From Squalus acanthias (lineage: Eukaryota), in NCBI GenBank assembly GCA_030390025.1, contig CM059431.1, positions 94,118,001 to 94,182,000 of the forward strand: a stretch of DNA of 64,000 bases. The letters run 5' to 3'. Every line of letters begins with the position of its first letter. Positions within the stretch are counted from its first letter, which is position 1. This document shows, piece after piece, positions 63,275-64,000 of the stretch. The position numbers and the translations under genes were made by a program. The notes below the pieces were generated by a model that ran no database searches, was not told where the DNA came from, and worked only from the letters and a program-made list of their open reading frames with translations.

Positions 63275-64000
63275 TAACATAGAATATCCAGCACAGAAAC
63301 AGGCCATTCGGTCCAACCAGTCCATTCCGGTGTTTATGCTCCACTCGAGCCTCCTCCCATCTTTCCTCTTCTAACTCTATCAGCATAACCCTCTATTCCC
63401 TTTTCCCTCATATGCTTATCTAACCGTTCCTTAAATGCATCTATACTATTCAGTTCAACCAATCCCTGTGGTCGTGAGTTCCACATTCTCACCACTCTCT
63501 GGGTAAAGAAGTTTCTTCTGAATTCCCTATTTGATTTCTTGGTGACTATCTTATATTGATGGCCTCTAGTTATGCTCTTCCCCACAAGTGGAAACATTCT
63601 CTCTCTGTATCTACTCTGTCAAAACCTTTCATTATTTTAAAGACCTCTATTAGGTCACCCCTCAGCCTTCTCTTTTCAAGGGAAAAGAAACCAAGCCTGT
63701 TCATCCTTTCCTGATATGTATACCCTCGCATTTCTGGTATCATCCTTGTAAATCTTCTCTGCACCCTCTTCAGTGCCTCTATATCCTTTTTATAATATGG
63801 CGACCAGAATTGCACACAGTATTCCAAGTGTGGTCTAACCAAGGTTCGATACAAGTTTAGCATAACTTCACTACTTTTCAATTCTATCCCTCTAGAAATA
63901 AACCCTAGTGATTGGTTTACTTTTTTTATGGCCTTGTTAACCTGTGTTGCTACTTTTTGTGATTTGTGTATTTGGACTCCGAGATCCCTTTGTCCCTCTA
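63275..64000 (-). mobile_element. CR1 LINE 3' part, running off the window end
   Basis: LYRTLVRPHLEYCVQFWSP and NFFTQRVVRMWN motifs; ATTCTATG tail. Confidence 0.92.

Overview
This is a eukaryotic window made almost entirely of transposable elements, with no supportable host gene. A cartilaginous fish (shark-like) host is inferred from the CR1 families and a Deu-domain SINE. Contents: (i) many CR1 LINE copies, one nearly full length. (ii) About a dozen PIF/Harbinger DNA transposons, including two young ~4.2-kb copies with an open DDE transposase ORF and a convergent three-exon Myb/SANT gene, several decayed copies, and MITEs with clear TIRs and 3-bp TSDs. (iii) A Penelope-like element with an inverted 3' duplication, a 14-bp TSD and two minimal hammerhead ribozymes. 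(iv) A second LINE family, apparently lacking ORF1, with a tRNA-like 5' head. (v) Solo LTRs. (vi) The most notable item, a decayed LTR provirus (8563-14858) with a tRNA-Arg PBS, coiled-coil Gag, an integrase remnant and an envelope gene with F-protein-like class I fusion architecture, which is a lokiretrovirus-like candidate. Coordinates were read by eye and family assignments are not database-verified.
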